Below are positions 13,082 through 33,065 of a stretch of 64,000 bases of DNA, piece after piece. The notes under the pieces were generated by a model. It did not search any database. It was not told the DNA's origin and saw nothing but the letters and a program-made list of their open reading frames with translations. The stretch is taken from assembly GCF_009914755.1 (NCBI RefSeq), contig NC_060937.1; one strand, written 5' to 3'. Position 1 is the stretch's first letter, and every line of letters starts with the position of its first letter. The stretch is from the human T2T-CHM13v2.0 reference genome, Homo sapiens. The position numbers and the translations under genes are program-made.

Positions 13082-13732
13082 ATAGAAATTGGAAATAGAT
13101 GTTGTTTATGTTTACTACTTAATTGGCTTATTTTATGTGATTCTTCTAGTTTATGTAAAACCCTACTTTTGTTTCACAAAGAGTAGATATATTTTTCCAC
13201 CTCTTAGAGAGTCAATCACTTAATATTGCTTGTACTGCAATTTACAACCACCAACAACAAAAAATTTAAATCAGTTTGCAATCTGTATATTTTTAACACC
13301 CACTTATTGAGGGATCTTATAATTGCATAGAAAGGAAGGAAAAAGTACTGCACACTTACAGCTTCCTTTAGTTTTTTACCTAGTCCTTTATTGTTGAGGA
13401 TAAACCTACAGGAAAATCAAAAGTAATAAATAGAATGATAAAAATAAACTCATAGAAAGTGAACACAAGATAAATGAAGCAATAAGGGAGGAGAATAGCA
13501 TTTATAAACAATATGTGAATATAGTTAGTAAAATTTGAGGAATCATACCACCCTTTACCCATTAACTCACACAAGAACCAAACGCTATGAAACAACATAC
13601 CATTAGATAAAAATAAACCATTATTTAATAATGCTTTAATAAGGCATTATTTATAACTGAAACTTTGGTTGCTAAGATATAAACAGAATATAAGTAGGAG
13701 GAATAAAAAAAGAAACTCAGGCAACAGCCACC

Positions 13733-13950
13733 AGAAAGAAAGAAAAAAAAGAGAGAGAAAGAAAGAGGGAAAGAAAAAGAAGAAAGAAGTAGAAGGAATG
13801 AAATAAAAGAAAGAATGTAGAAAGAAAAGGAAAGAAAGCAAAAGAAAGGCAGGAAAAAAGGAAGGAGGGAGGGAAGGAGGAAAAGAAGGAAAAAAACAGA
13901 GATAAAAAGAGAAGGAGAAAGGAAAGGATGGAAAGAGGGAGGAAGGCAAA
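13733..13950 (+). repeat. ~220-bp polypurine (GAAA/GGAA) low-complexity tract
   Basis: Almost only G and A; it generates the F/S/L-rich minus-strand ORFs at 13625-13969. Confidence 0.9.
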
Positions 13951-13984
13951 TGGTACAATTACTGAACAATTGACTTTTTCTTAA

Positions 13985-14470
13985 GTTAATGTGTATGTAA
14001 TACAGTTATTTACTCAAGAGAAAAAAAACTTATGTCAATACAAAAATCTATGCACGAATATTCAGAGAAGTTTTGTTATCATTAAAACTGTAAACACTTT
14101 AAATAAGCTAAGACAGCTATATATCTAAATAATTTGTTGACTGTCCAGAGTGATGATATTTAGCAAAAAAGAAAAGAATGACTAATAAACATAACAACAT
14201 AAAGCTCAAAATAATTATGCTTTGGAAAGAAGCCAGACCAAAAAAAAAAAAACATACAAAATTATTTCAATTATATAAAAATATAGAAAATATGAATTAA
14301 TTTATGTAGAAAATACAAAGTAATTTACAGTGATGAAAAGCAGAACTTTTGTCCGGTGTAGATATGTTTGTTATTTTGATGGTGAATAGTTCATTCACAC
14401 ACAAACATTCCTATTAAATGTTGCAACTTATTATGTGCATTTTATCATGTCAACTATACCTCAAAAATAT
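13985..14470 (+). mobile_element. Old L1M (MC/MD/ME-type) 3' fragment
   Basis: tatttactcaagagaaa...aacttatgtc, ctcaaaataattatgct...gaaagaagccagac, tcaactatacctcaaaaa. Confidence 0.6.
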
Positions 14471-15669
14471 TGTAAAACTTAATGTTATGGAGGTTTACTT
14501 TAATATCAGTTTCAGAAAAAAATCTGACAGAAAAGTAAGGAAGGCAATTTTGAATTGATAAAAATATATGGTATTCTTGCTTTGAAGTTTGGCCTAAGTG
14601 TTCAAAGAAAAATATCTCATTGAATGTCAGGTTATGCGTAGTAAAAGTCTGACACACAAGCATATACTCCTTGAAAATTCAGAATTATAATAAAAAATAC
14701 TGAATGGTTTAAGAAAGAAATTAGGTAACCACCAACAAGTAAAAATTAAAATCAGATTGTCTACACAGTTTTCTATAACAAAATGGATAAATATCCTCAA
14801 CTTTTTAAAAGAAAATGGCTTGGGATTTTTCATTAAATAATAACCAAAATAGGAATCACATGTGAAGGCAAACAAGAAAAAGTTAAAAAATAAGAAAATT
14901 AAGTATTGTGATTCACATAAAAATTAAGTATTAGACCACATTAAAAGTGTAATGAACTAAATTCTCTGGATTTGGACACACTTTAGTTCTAGAAAGCAGC
15001 TGGGGCAGGATGAAGCAGGAAGATAAAGGGTCTGGAAATTACAGCTTTAATTAGTAGATGGACAGTTCAAATAGAGTGAAGACATTTGTTCACTGTATAA
15101 GCAAAAGAGTATTAGTAATCTTAAGTGAGAATATTTAAAAAGAAGGTATGGCCAATTTATGAAGCAAATAGAACTGGTGTTTGATTAATAGATAGACAAT
15201 TCAAAAATATTTTAAATTAACATTTTAGGTGTTTTCTCTTGAACTATGTAAGAAAGGAGGCAATGAAGCCATTATACAGACAATGCCAGTTTATTCATCA
15301 ATTGGAATTATGTATTCAACGACCTTTGCTTAGTCATAATGCAGGAAGCATCATATTTTCAAAGATTTTTAATTTTGAAAGTCAATTCATCTACAAAGCA
15401 TGACAAGTCTAATTACATCCATAGAAATAAATATTAAATTATTGTATCTTAATAATTCAGAAAGTCATTGTGTGCCTGAATTTAATTGGAAGTCACCTTG
15501 TCTGGGACAGAGAGTAACAGGAGAAGCCAAGGAGGTCACCATGACCTGATGCTCGGCTGTCTAAAGTAGATATAACCAAAAACAGGAATGCAATTATTGT
15601 AGAGGTATTAGTATATTTCTATAGGATTACTGGTAATCCTGATTATAGTGTTAGATAACTATATTAAGT

Positions 15670-15975
15670 ATTTATAAAGTGCCAGACATGGTTCTAATTA
15701 AATCATATGCATTCTCTCACATAATCCACATAACTGCCTTGAACATAGGTAGTTGACTTGACATTACAGAATAGAAAACCAAGGCAGAGAAAAATTATTT
15801 AACTTGCTCAAATTCAATACATTGTAAATACACACCCATATATCTATCTATATCTATATCTATATATCTATATCTATATATCACTTGTCTGTTTATCTAG
15901 ACAGAGCAAAGTAAATAAAAGAGAGAGTGAAACAGAGAGAGAGTTTCAGTCAGGATCTGAATCCAGATAGTCTAT
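15670..15975 (-). mobile_element. MIR interrupted by a (TA/TCTA)n microsatellite at ~15838-15880
   Basis: gtgccagacatggttcta...gaaaaccaaggcagaga...aacttgctcaa, then caggatctgaatccag. Confidence 0.6.
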
Positions 15976-17450
15976 AAAATATGCTAATTTAAATTAACTA
16001 ACTGAGTTGAATTAGCTGCTAACTAGATAAGTAATGTTAATAACATGAATATAGGAAATGAATGATAGTAGAGTGACTATTAGTGAAATAAGCAGTAATG
16101 TTCCAAAGATGGGAAGTCAATAGATAGTTTATATATATGTAGTTTACAACTATATATGTAATATGTGTATGAAGAAAGAGATACAAATACTTTTATATAA
16201 CCATTTAAATAATTATTTTTAAATTTTTTATTTATACACATTATTTTGTTAATATATAAAAATTTCATGTACTCTTATTATCCCCAAGCACTGAATAAAG
16301 TTTCCTTGCAAATTTGTTTTTAATAACAGGCATCCATGTACATATTTAATAGACAAAATATGCACAAACACTCACAGGGTATCTAACTACAATGCAAACA
16401 AATTTTGTTGGTTCACATGCCCAAAAATATATAACATTCTGTTAATTTTATAGTATAGTCAAATAATTATTCTAGTCAGGGTATTTTCAAGTTGCTGGAA
16501 TACTACAGAAAAGGTAGATTTAGTACAATTGCCATGCTCACTAGCCTATTTGCAGAAAGAGTACCTCCTAAAATTTACATTTTCATAGTTCTTGTGGTAC
16601 TTATGCATTCATCAGACTATCTACAGAAATAGAGATTGAGTTGTGAAGAATGAAAAGAGTAAATAACTAAATATATTTAAATATACTAAGCTTGGGAATA
16701 GAGGGGTAAAAAGAAAAAAATAAGCAGGGAACAGATAAAACTGTCTTTAGGTTGAAATTTTAAAAATGGCTCCACAAATTTACTGGCATGGAGTCATTTA
16801 AGATATGGAAATTTATTAACAGTGTGGCTTTTACTACAAATTACTTAAAGCTGCTTATACATGTACACAAAGCAGTTAATAGTTTGCAGAGTTTCTGCCA
16901 TAAATGCAAGTCACTTTTACACAAGATTTAGATTCCGACACTATGTGAAGTTGCTAAGTGACAGAGGTATGCCTTTCCTTTCCTTCATAGAAGCTATGGC
17001 AATATGTCATTGTATTTTCTGTAAATACTAAACACTCTTAAAAACATATTTATAATGACTTCTCGCTTTTGCAAAGAAAATATTTTTTAAAAAACACAAA
17101 AATTAGTCTTTGCAAGGAATGTCAGACTTCAAAGATGTTTACTTTATTGTCTCAAACATAATAGTGTCATAAAAGAGCTCTACCCTTCCATGTTTTAGAA
17201 ACAAAAGATGAAATACATAAGAGTTTTTTTACATTGATTAAACTAATTACCTAGATTATGTCTGTATAACTGAAACATGAATATGGCGAACACTTCACTT
17301 TTCTCCAGATTTCATGGTCCATAGGAAGGTTCTCTAAAGTTATCACTCTTCAAATGTCTTGTATTTGTGACCAAAAAAGAAGTCTCTCCAGCATTCTCTT
17401 ATTATTTGATCTCCCTCTGTTCTACACCTCAGTCACTACCGTCTAACATG

Positions 17451-17976
17451 AATTTTTATTTATTCACAAAATTAGAAGGAAGGGGCAGATATTTAAAAAT
17501 ATTTAAGTCTTTTGAATTTAAAGTAAATATAATGAAATATTGCTATAGCTTTGGTGGAAGTATAGGGATGAAGATATAACTATCTCTTACACTTAAATTC
17601 TTATGCTGTTGTTAAAAACTGGTCATTTCTGTTCACGTCCTCATTGTCAGGAACTTATCGTATTGACACTTCTGGCTTCAATGGAAGAAAGTATGTCTGG
17701 CCTATTTATACCCTCTCACCTAAATTTTTATTCACAAAATTAGAAGGAGGGTGAAAATATTTAAGAATATATTTAAGTGTTATGAATTTAAAGTAAATAT
17801 AAAGAAGTATTGTTATAGCTTTGGTGAAAGGATAGGGATGAAAATATAATTGTATCTCTGCCACTTAAATTCTTATACTATTGTTAAAAACTGGTCATTT
17901 CTGTTCACATCCTCATTGTCAGGAACTTATCATATTGACACTTCTGGCTTCAGTGGGAGAAAGTATGTCTGGCCTA
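17451..17976 (+). repeat. Tandem duplication of an ~255-bp apparently unique unit (17451-17704 and 17723-17976)
   Basis: Both copies run aatttttatt...cacaaaattagaagga through gaaagtatgtctggccta; seen directly. Confidence 0.95.
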
Positions 17977-20571
17977 GCTTGGTCACCATATGCCTACTTA
18001 AAATTCAGGAGCATTTACTAAATAGAAAAAAGAAGACATTGCATGTGGAATAGTAATAAGCTCTGCTTCTGCTACCCAAAGATCCATGAATACTTTTGTA
18101 ATTGCACAAACTTAACCCTCCATGAAATGAAGAAACTAAAGTTTGGTAATGATCACATCTTCATCTAAGTTTAAGATTTCTAAGTGTTGTGCAGACCTTT
18201 TCATGAGTTTAGATGAAGCTATTTGTAGTCTAATGACTTATAATAGAATGGAAATTATAGCTAATATCCAACTATGCTGTATGAACAAGGTAGGCTCAAC
18301 AAAAATTTTCATTAAGAGAACAAAAGAATAAGAAACACCCAACACTCTCTTGTTCATAGGAGTTATAAAATACCGGTGGGCAGGAATTTTGAAAAGTCCC
18401 TGCTTTGGCAGTAGACCACGATATTTGTGGACAAACTGGTTTTGCTCTCTGGGTTGACTTTGTTTTCTGCTGTGTTCCGTAGCCCCTGGCTTTGCTTACT
18501 GGAAGAATTCTTCTCGCTCAGTCTCATATGCAGGCACGTCAGAAATATGAGGCTGCACAGCTTTCCCAACAGGCTTCCATCTGGTGCAGGTTTAGAGCCC
18601 AGGGTTTGCTTTAAAATTTGAACAACTATTATATTTTGCAGGCCAGACTTGTGGTGTCTTTGGCAACATAAGACCCTAGAAACTGACTTGGCTTTGGACC
18701 TATTTTCTTTCATTCAGTTCTTCGGGCAAATGAACGTAGCCAAAGGGCTTGTCTAGACAAAACACTGAATGCTTCTTGTCTACCATCAATGCCTTTGTGC
18801 TGATCCCTTTCCTTCATCTTTCTTAAATTAATGGTGGCAAACTTCAGGGTATCTAAAATTACTGACTTCGGTGGGAAGGTAACATCTTATACCTGGTATT
18901 TGGCTTTGGACTGCCTCCAATTGTCTGTGACAAATATTCAGGCCTTAAAACCCCTTGCTGTATTATCTCTTGCTAAGGCTACCTCTCCATAGCCACCTAT
19001 TACAATAAGCCTCACTTAATTTTCTTCTTAATTTGTTCAAGTCAAAAGCAGGAGCCGGCACACAGTTACATTTTGAGACTTACAAACTAGTCCTACTAAT
19101 GCTCAACCTCTCAGTAACATGGACAGCTACTGAGAATAACACAAATTTCAGTTTCACCAAATATTTTGCAGTAGACTAACAAATAACTCAGGTTCTTTGC
19201 CTTATGCCACCAATAACTAGCCAATACCTTATATTTTAACCCATTTTTGGTATCACCTACCATATCAGCCTGGATTCAGGACAATAAATAAAAGGAATTT
19301 TAGGTGTTTTAAATTACAAAACATTTAGCTGGAAAGTATTATATATTTACCATATTGTTGAAAGGGATAAAGGACCAGGCTTTAGACAGGGACACCATGA
19401 ATGAATCCTATAAAATATTATAATATTATTACCCATCAAATAAGGTTCCACTTGTCAAGCCAACACAAGAACTCTGAATTTAAGACCCCTTTAACTATAG
19501 CTGATATAAAAGGATAAAAAATAAGCCAAAACCACTGCTTCAGAATGAAGTTGAAGATGGACAATGGTGATTGCAATAATGGCAAAGGGTAACCTGATGT
19601 CTCCAAAACCTTGCATAACAGCAGAAAACTTGCAGAATGAAGTAGGAAAATAATCTCTATGTTAATTGTGCCTTCCATGTCTTGTATAAATGCATCTAAA
19701 TCTGTAAAAGCCTTATTTATATTCATAACTCTAGCCACGAAGTTCATGGAAATGCATGAACTTGGGAAGTGCAGTTTTCAAACTTTAAAACCTCTGTGGT
19801 ATATGAAGGCATCCTGGAAGGAGTGTAGTGTGGCATATCACAAATATCTGCACATTTTATATTTTTGCCTGTTCAAAATCCATGAAAATATTTCTACTGA
19901 AACTTCAAAACAGAACCAGTAATAATAAAGCATACTTTTCCCTAGCATACATAATTGCATAATTATGAAAGCACACTCAATCTGGTATCCATAGGAGAGA
20001 TCCAAAATCATATTTGACATTTTATCCATAACTAGGTACTCATTAAATACTCTTCTAGATATTCTAAATTATTATTTTATAGAATGCAGAGCCACTAAAA
20101 TAACCTAGATTATACAGGAGAAAAAGGTAAGAGAAAAAATGATATAGTTAATATTTATAATTGTCTTGTAAACATAGGAGAGAAAAATAATACATATAAG
20201 TACTACGTTTATATACACCATGTAAAGTTATTTAGTGTTATACTGTACCATCTTATGTGATATCATTAATATCACATGTATCACATATATATTATGGAAA
20301 TCATTTTATTGGTTGTAGGAAACTGTTATGAAGAAGGAAGCACTTCTTTCTAATTTGGAGAAACACATACTCATTATTGGTTTTATTTTTATCTTATCTC
20401 CTTATTGACTAGAGTATGGGTAACCTGTACTTAATCCTTCTTAATCTTATTTGGTGTTGCCCATAACTTCAAAATTGTCAATGTTTATTCTGACAGTATT
20501 GGATCAGGCTGGGTGCATGTATGAATAAAAGAAAGGGCTCAAAGTCAGCAATAGAAATGTAACCTTTACCT

Positions 20572-23622
<3,051 letters not shown>

Positions 23623-23863
23623 AAATGTTACCTTTACCTTGTTGGTAATATCTATAATGACTTGTCCTTCTGTCTTAATAGTCTGTACTTTACTTTTCCT
23701 AGGACATTCACATAAACAATTAACTTTTTCTGTATCTTTTTCCAAAGAGGAAATTAATATCACAGTGTTACACTAATGGTTTCATGATGAAGATGTACAA
23801 TTGCAGTATAGCTTAGAGTTTAGTATATTTGTGGATGCTGCTTTACCTAATTTACTGAACCAC

Positions 23864-24212
23864 TGCTGTGGACTGAATGTTTGAAGCCTAATCCCCAATG
23901 TGATAGTATTTGGAAGCCTACCTCCCCAGTGAGGTAGGGCCTTTGGGAAATAATTATGCCATGAGAGTGATTCCCTCCTAAAGGAAATTAGTGCCTTTAT
24001 AAGGAAGCATGAGAGAGATTATCTCTCTCCAGGCCATGCAAGCATAGATGCAGAAGGTGAAGTCTGCAAGCCAGAAAGCAGGCTATCACTAGGCACTATA
24101 TATTTTGGAGCTTTGATCTTGGACGTCCAGAACTGTGACAAATAACATGTTTGTTGATTAAGACACCCAATCTGTATTACTTTTGTTATAGGAACTAGAA
24201 CACACTAAGACA
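23864..24212 (+). mobile_element. MLT1A-like solo LTR
   Basis: tgctgtggactgaatgttt...gggcctttggga...cactaagaca. Confidence 0.8.
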
Positions 24213-25648
24213 GCTACCAATAATGCCAACTTGGGGGAAGTGAGGATAATGGAAAGCTCTGTATTTGGTGTTGGCTACACTTAAAAGAGTAATCCCTCCC
24301 CTCTCCCCAGGCTATTGTGGCTGGAAAAAATGGAAAATTGTAATAAAGAGCCTTGGGAAAGAGATAGATTGACAGTTCATGGACTAGTAAGCCTGAGTCC
24401 AGGATCTTAGTATGTATTTGTGATCCATACAGTGATAGAAAAAGGGAGATAAATTTTTCATAATAAACATAATGAATTTGAGTATTTATTCAATGTGCCA
24501 ACTAATGAAATTGTGAATAAGAAGTTATGGTTATAGAAAGGAGAAAATTCTTTTGCTGAATAATATAGCTGCTTAAAATATCATCTGATAATGCCATTGA
24601 TGAATATATTCTCATTTGTGGGAGAATCGTCCACCTCATCCCCACTCCACAATAACATATTTATTGACACAACATTTAAATTGTTACATATTCTCAGAAG
24701 TTATCAATCTCATATGTCATCAAATATATGAAAAATAGAAAAGGTTATGAACTAATGTAGACATGGAAATAACAGTTCTCTATTGTAGTGGCCTAAATTA
24801 ATCAGACACAATTTTTGAATTTTTTTTCAGCATTAATACTTACTTTGCTTTCAGAGAAACAGTCCAGCACGAATGCAATAATGTAAGGTAGGTGTCAATT
24901 CAGAGGATGCTGTTTAAGTTTGGGAATTCCTTAGTTTTTATGCTCTATGAATCACATAGGCAAAAGGGTTTCCATGACTAACTTCTACTCTACAGCCAGA
25001 TTTATTTCAGAAGAGCAGTCTAGATAGATCAGGTACATCCTGCTAAAAATATTTTTAGATAATTTCCTTGGCTACCTTCCTGCTCATAAAATAACCTTAG
25101 CATGTTTACAAGGAAATGTATTAGTTCCACATTTACTTAGGTGTCCCCAAGGAAGAAAGGAATAAGTTACATGCCTGCTGTGGTTTCCTTTTTTTCTTTG
25201 CAGGTACCTTGGGAGAAGAACAGATAGAAACTAATTAATTACACTGGACACTTTCCAAAATAGTGAGAGATTATACATATTATGCATATTAGTAGAATTA
25301 GACATATTCTTCATTAGACATATTATCCCATCCATCCTGTTTCATTATTAGTTTCATTCATATGTTTCTGAATCTGTTAAACCTTATTAAACCATATAAT
25401 GTTGCTTCTGAATAAAAAAAAACCTCTTTTTTCAGTGAAAGAAATAAAAAAAAACTTGAGCTCTTGTGATTTACCACTCTTATATGCTAAATCAGCCAGA
25501 AAATATGGCCCTGTATTTTATTGAAATGTTAGAAGTTTCTAGCTTCCAAGACTACAAGGTTCTATTTCTCAGGATACTGCACATTTTCTGACAATAAACA
25601 AAGTAGAGTTCTGTTCTTCCCATTTTGAGATTTCATAGATTTGAGACC

Positions 25649-25997
25649 TGCTTTGAACTGAATGTTTGTGTTCCCTGGGAATTCAGATGTTGAAATTCTA
25701 ACCCTTAAGATGACAGCGTTAGGAAATAGGGCCTTTGGGAGGTGGTTACCTTGTGATGGTGGCTCCCTCATGAATGACTTTCCTTTTATAGAGGAGACCC
25801 ACTAGAGCTACCTCACCTTTTCACCACGTGAGAACACAGTGAGGGGGCATCATGCATGAACCAGGAAACAGGCCCTTACCAGACACCCAAATTGCTGGTA
25901 CCCAAACCTTGAACTTTGAGAAATAAACTGTTAATTGTTTATAAATCACCACTCAGTTTATAATATTTTGATATAGCAGCCCAAACAGAGTAAGATG
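25649..25997 (+). mobile_element. MLT1A0-like solo LTR
   Basis: tgctttgaactgaatgtttgtgttccc...atagcagcccaaacagagtaagat. Confidence 0.82.
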
Positions 25998-26337
25998 AAG
26001 TCCAAATTTTGGAACTGGGGATGACTTTTGTAACAATTTTATTTTCTTAGTCACTAATATTATTTTTATTATTCTTCCCTGTGGTTCTAGAATCTGCTTA
26101 TATTTCCATTATGGATCACAATAATTGTTTCACCATTGTTGGAAATTGAGCCTTCTGCTGAGCTATTTTGAGATCTTCATGACACAGCTAATATAAAACA
26201 TGTGCAATTATATCTACAATCCTGAAGATCAAAGAGGAAGGAAGATTTCTTTTATATGGTGAAATTGTAGAGATGGGTGAATAGAATATATATAAACTCA
26301 GGGATTCCTGAGTTTCAATATTATATCATATCAGCTG

Positions 26338-26710
26338 TGCTATGGACTAAGTGTTTGTGCCCCCACCACCCCCTGCTCTAAATTCATATATTGAAGCCTT
26401 AATCTCCAATGTGATGGTATTTGCCCTTGGGAGGTGATTAGATTTAGATGAGGTCAAGAATGCACAGTCCCCATGATTAGATTAATGCTCTTGTAAAAGG
26501 AGGAAAGGATATGAGATCCCTTTTTCTTCATGCTCACACCAAGCAAAGGCCATATGAAGACGTAATCAGGAAGAGAACCCTCGTTGAGAACTTAACCATG
26601 CTGGCACTCGGCTCTTAAACTTGCAGCCTCCAGAGCAGCAAGAAATAAATGTTTGTTGCTTAAGCCACCTAGCCTATGGAAATCTTTGGTAGCAACCTGA
26701 ATTAAGTTAA
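26338..26710 (+). mobile_element. MLT1A-like solo LTR
   Basis: tgctatggactaagtgtttgtgcccc...aaataaatgtttgttgcttaagccacctagcctatgg. Confidence 0.8.
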
Positions 26711-27217
26711 AGTGATAAAAGTTAGGGCAACTGTTTATATTTGGTAGTAGTTTTCCATGTTCCATAATCTAGTGTGATGCTCTGTTGTACCTCACCCGTC
26801 AGATCATAATGGGACAGATTTTCCTCCTTATCAGCAACAAATAGTTAAAGTGCAGGCATCGGAAGTCACATCAGTTAATTGCATTGCTCTTTCTAGGGCA
26901 TTGATGCTGAAGTGAGAAAAGGAGAGAGAGGTATTGAGGGAGGTGGAGCTGCCTGTTCACAGCTGTAAGTGGTAAGGGCAGTACCTAGCAATGATAGTGA
27001 CAGTTTTCTGGCCAAATTATCTCTATAGTCAGTGTAATATCTTTTTTCCAGTTTCTAAACCTACTAATCTATATTGACATTAGTTATATGATCCACTTAT
27101 AGTACACCCATAAAACCCTTATTGATTTAAGAAAACCAGTGTTAACCTTTATTGTAGGTAAAAGATAACTCTGATTGAAAATCTTTTTGTGTCCAGTGTG
27201 GCTTTTGAAAATATTGT

Positions 27218-27532
27218 TGCCGGGTACAGTTGCTCATGCCTGTAATCCCAGCACTTCGGGAGGCCGAGGTGGGTGGATCAAGAGGTCAGGAGTTCAAGAC
27301 CAGCCTGACCAATATGGTGAAACCCCATCTCCACTAAAAATACAAAAATTCACCAGGCGCAGTAGCAGGGGTCTGTAATCCCAGCTACTTAGGAGGCTGA
27401 GGCAGGAGAAATGCTTGAACCTGGGCGGCAGAGGTTGTAGTGAGCGGAGATCGCGCCGCTGTACTCCAGCCTGGGCGACAGAGTGAGACTCTGTCCCCAA
27501 AAAATAAAAAAATAAATAAAAAAAAGAAAAAA
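27218..27532 (+). mobile_element. AluS (Sg/Sx-like)
   Basis: Full dimer with A tail; TSD gaaaatattgtt / gaaaatattttt. Confidence 0.94.
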
Positions 27533-28504
27533 GAAAATATTTTTGCTGAAAATATTTTTTTTCCTTTGTACATAACTATTTTCTTCTTTCTGGAAGCATT
27601 TTTATAAGCATGTGTTGCTGCTTTCGTTTGATTTAATGTATTCTGCTTTATAATTTTTTTATAATTTAATATTATCTTAATTACTTCATTCTTCCCCCAT
27701 GTAACTTCATTAGAAAGATAAGATAAATATTGAATTATTTGGGATCTTACTGTCTTTATTCAGATTTTTCATATTTTGCTTATATCACCTGCGTTTTGGA
27801 AGAATACTTAATTTCTTTTCTCAAACTTAGATTTTCTTCATCATCTACGTTCATAGTGCTATTCAGACAATTAACTAATTTTTCCCCATATTTAGAAAAA
27901 TATGATAAAGTGTCAAAAATTACCTTATTTCTACTATGTAGCAACTTATTTTAACTATTTTATAGATATGAATTACAACATTATTAGAACACTTAAAATT
28001 TTTAATTTCTCACTTGAGACTTTTTTTTAGAGTTAAACTTTCTATTCTTTAATTTTGGTACTCATTAATTTGATTTTCTCAGTTTATAATTTTCGGAGTT
28101 TTTTGGGTAATTGAAAATCACTGTTGCCTTGTTTGTAAATGTAGGACTTAATTATAGTAGTATATTTAGTAATATATTTATATGCCAGTTATAATGTATA
28201 AATAAATAGTAGTATATAGAAATACATTTAGGATTCCAATTACAAAACTTTTTATGTCCTGGACTTCCAAATTAAGTAATACTATATATTGAGATTTTCT
28301 CTCTCTGGTCACAATATTAGCTGAAACTTATGGATGATAAATTAAAAACAGGTTAGTGCAACTTATTTATAATGTGGTATAATTTAAGGTATAAATGCTG
28401 TGTTTGCAACATATGAGTGTGTATTTGGTTTAATTTATTTTGAATGGCTTGCTAGATTGTTTTACAGTGTGTTCCTTGCTCCTAACTTCATAGATGTTCT
28501 AGAC

Positions 28505-28668
28505 CAGTGTGGTTCATATTTTAATCTATATGGAAACTATCTGGGATGTTATTAAATTGAGGATATTGATTCAGTGTTTCTGTTGTGGGTCCAAGATCAT
28601 TATTTCTAAAACATGCTCACATGATGGTGATGCTGGGAACATAGATCACACTTTGCATGGTAGGGATG
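28505..28668. mobile_element. MER5-like hAT-Charlie MITE
   Basis: gatattgattcagt...gggtccaagatc...atttctaaaacatgctcacatgatggtgatgctg...atcacactttg resembles MER5A/B. Confidence 0.6.
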
Positions 28669-29769
28669 TACTAGGAATTATGATGATAACAATTATTTAG
28701 GCCTTTAAGAATATCATCATATGTATTTATTTCCAATGGAGTTTCAGTTGACATAAAGGATTTCTTGTCAGTGATATTTTTTTTAAACCTGTTAGAACTT
28801 CATTGTAAAGTTGTGATGCTTACCTGACTAGAAAAAAATTAACTCCCTTCCCCTGTGACTTGCAGAATCCACAGCTAATCTCAATGATCTGTGCCACCTT
28901 CTGCTCAGTTTTTACTGGAGTGTTGAAATAATAACTTTTTATGTTTTCTAAACCTAGTGGTCCTCCAGTCCCTCCTTTTGTGGGTCAAAGGGTAGCCGGA
29001 AAGCATTGTTAATTTTTGGTATTGTTACTTCGTATATTGATAATTTGTTTAAATTCCCTGAAAAATGAACCTTCTCTTAAATTCACCTTTGGAGTAATTG
29101 ATCTTTGTAAGACTAAGAGACGTAGCTTCTCTCTATTGTCCATGGGAAGGTGAATGGATGTGTGGCAGCTGTGCAGTATAGGTATCCTAGTTTCTCGATT
29201 TTGAGACCTTCAGATTTCACGTCCCTTTTAGAAATTCTCATTTAACTAGTTGCATTGTCATGAATCTGGCCCCAGGTACATTAGTATTCATGTGTCTCAG
29301 CTCTAATTTCTATGATCTGTGCTTAGGAATTTATCCTAGGACTTCCACTGGAGTTATTGTTTTCCATTTATATTTTTATGTTCCTATGTTCTCCTACAAA
29401 TAGCTGGAGATACTTCAAGATCCATTCTGTAATACCGGGATCCTATATCAGAGCATTAGCCAAACTGATAGTTTATGTATAAAGCAGCTCAACACTTTTT
29501 AAAACTTTTTGGAAAATATCTTTGCTACAGTCTCTCAAGATAGAGAGTTGAAGGGAGAGCTAACTGTATTGCGTTGATAGATTTTCTTTTTGTCTTGCTC
29601 CCAATTTTATCATTGCTCTTTTTTATTAGTTGACTATAAACTTAAGGTTCCTGGCATTGATCTTAATTTGTCTTCTCCAGAGCTCATTTTGAACTGGGAC
29701 TCTCTGTTCTTCTCTTTCTGCCAATCTGTTTCCATGTCGTTCTTTTAGCTGTATATCTGTTTACGTGTA

Positions 29770-32010
<2,241 letters not shown>

Positions 32011-32012
32011 TA

Positions 32013-33030
<1,018 letters not shown>

Positions 33031-33065
33031 GAAGTACGTTAAGTTATCCATCATAGAGATTAGAA

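Noticed and set aside
13625-13969. Hydrophobic F/L/S-rich ORFs resembling membrane proteins (also 52826-53254)
   Set aside because: They are translations of the complement of GA-rich simple repeats.
18363-18713. 116-aa minus-strand ORF in unique DNA as a CDS
   Set aside because: No recognisable domain or homologue and no supporting gene structure; kept only as a possible regulatory patch.
23864-25997. Two MLT1A LTRs as ends of one full-length provirus
   Set aside because: The 1.4-kb spacer lacks recognisable MLT1A internal sequence, and no TSD is shared by the outer ends.
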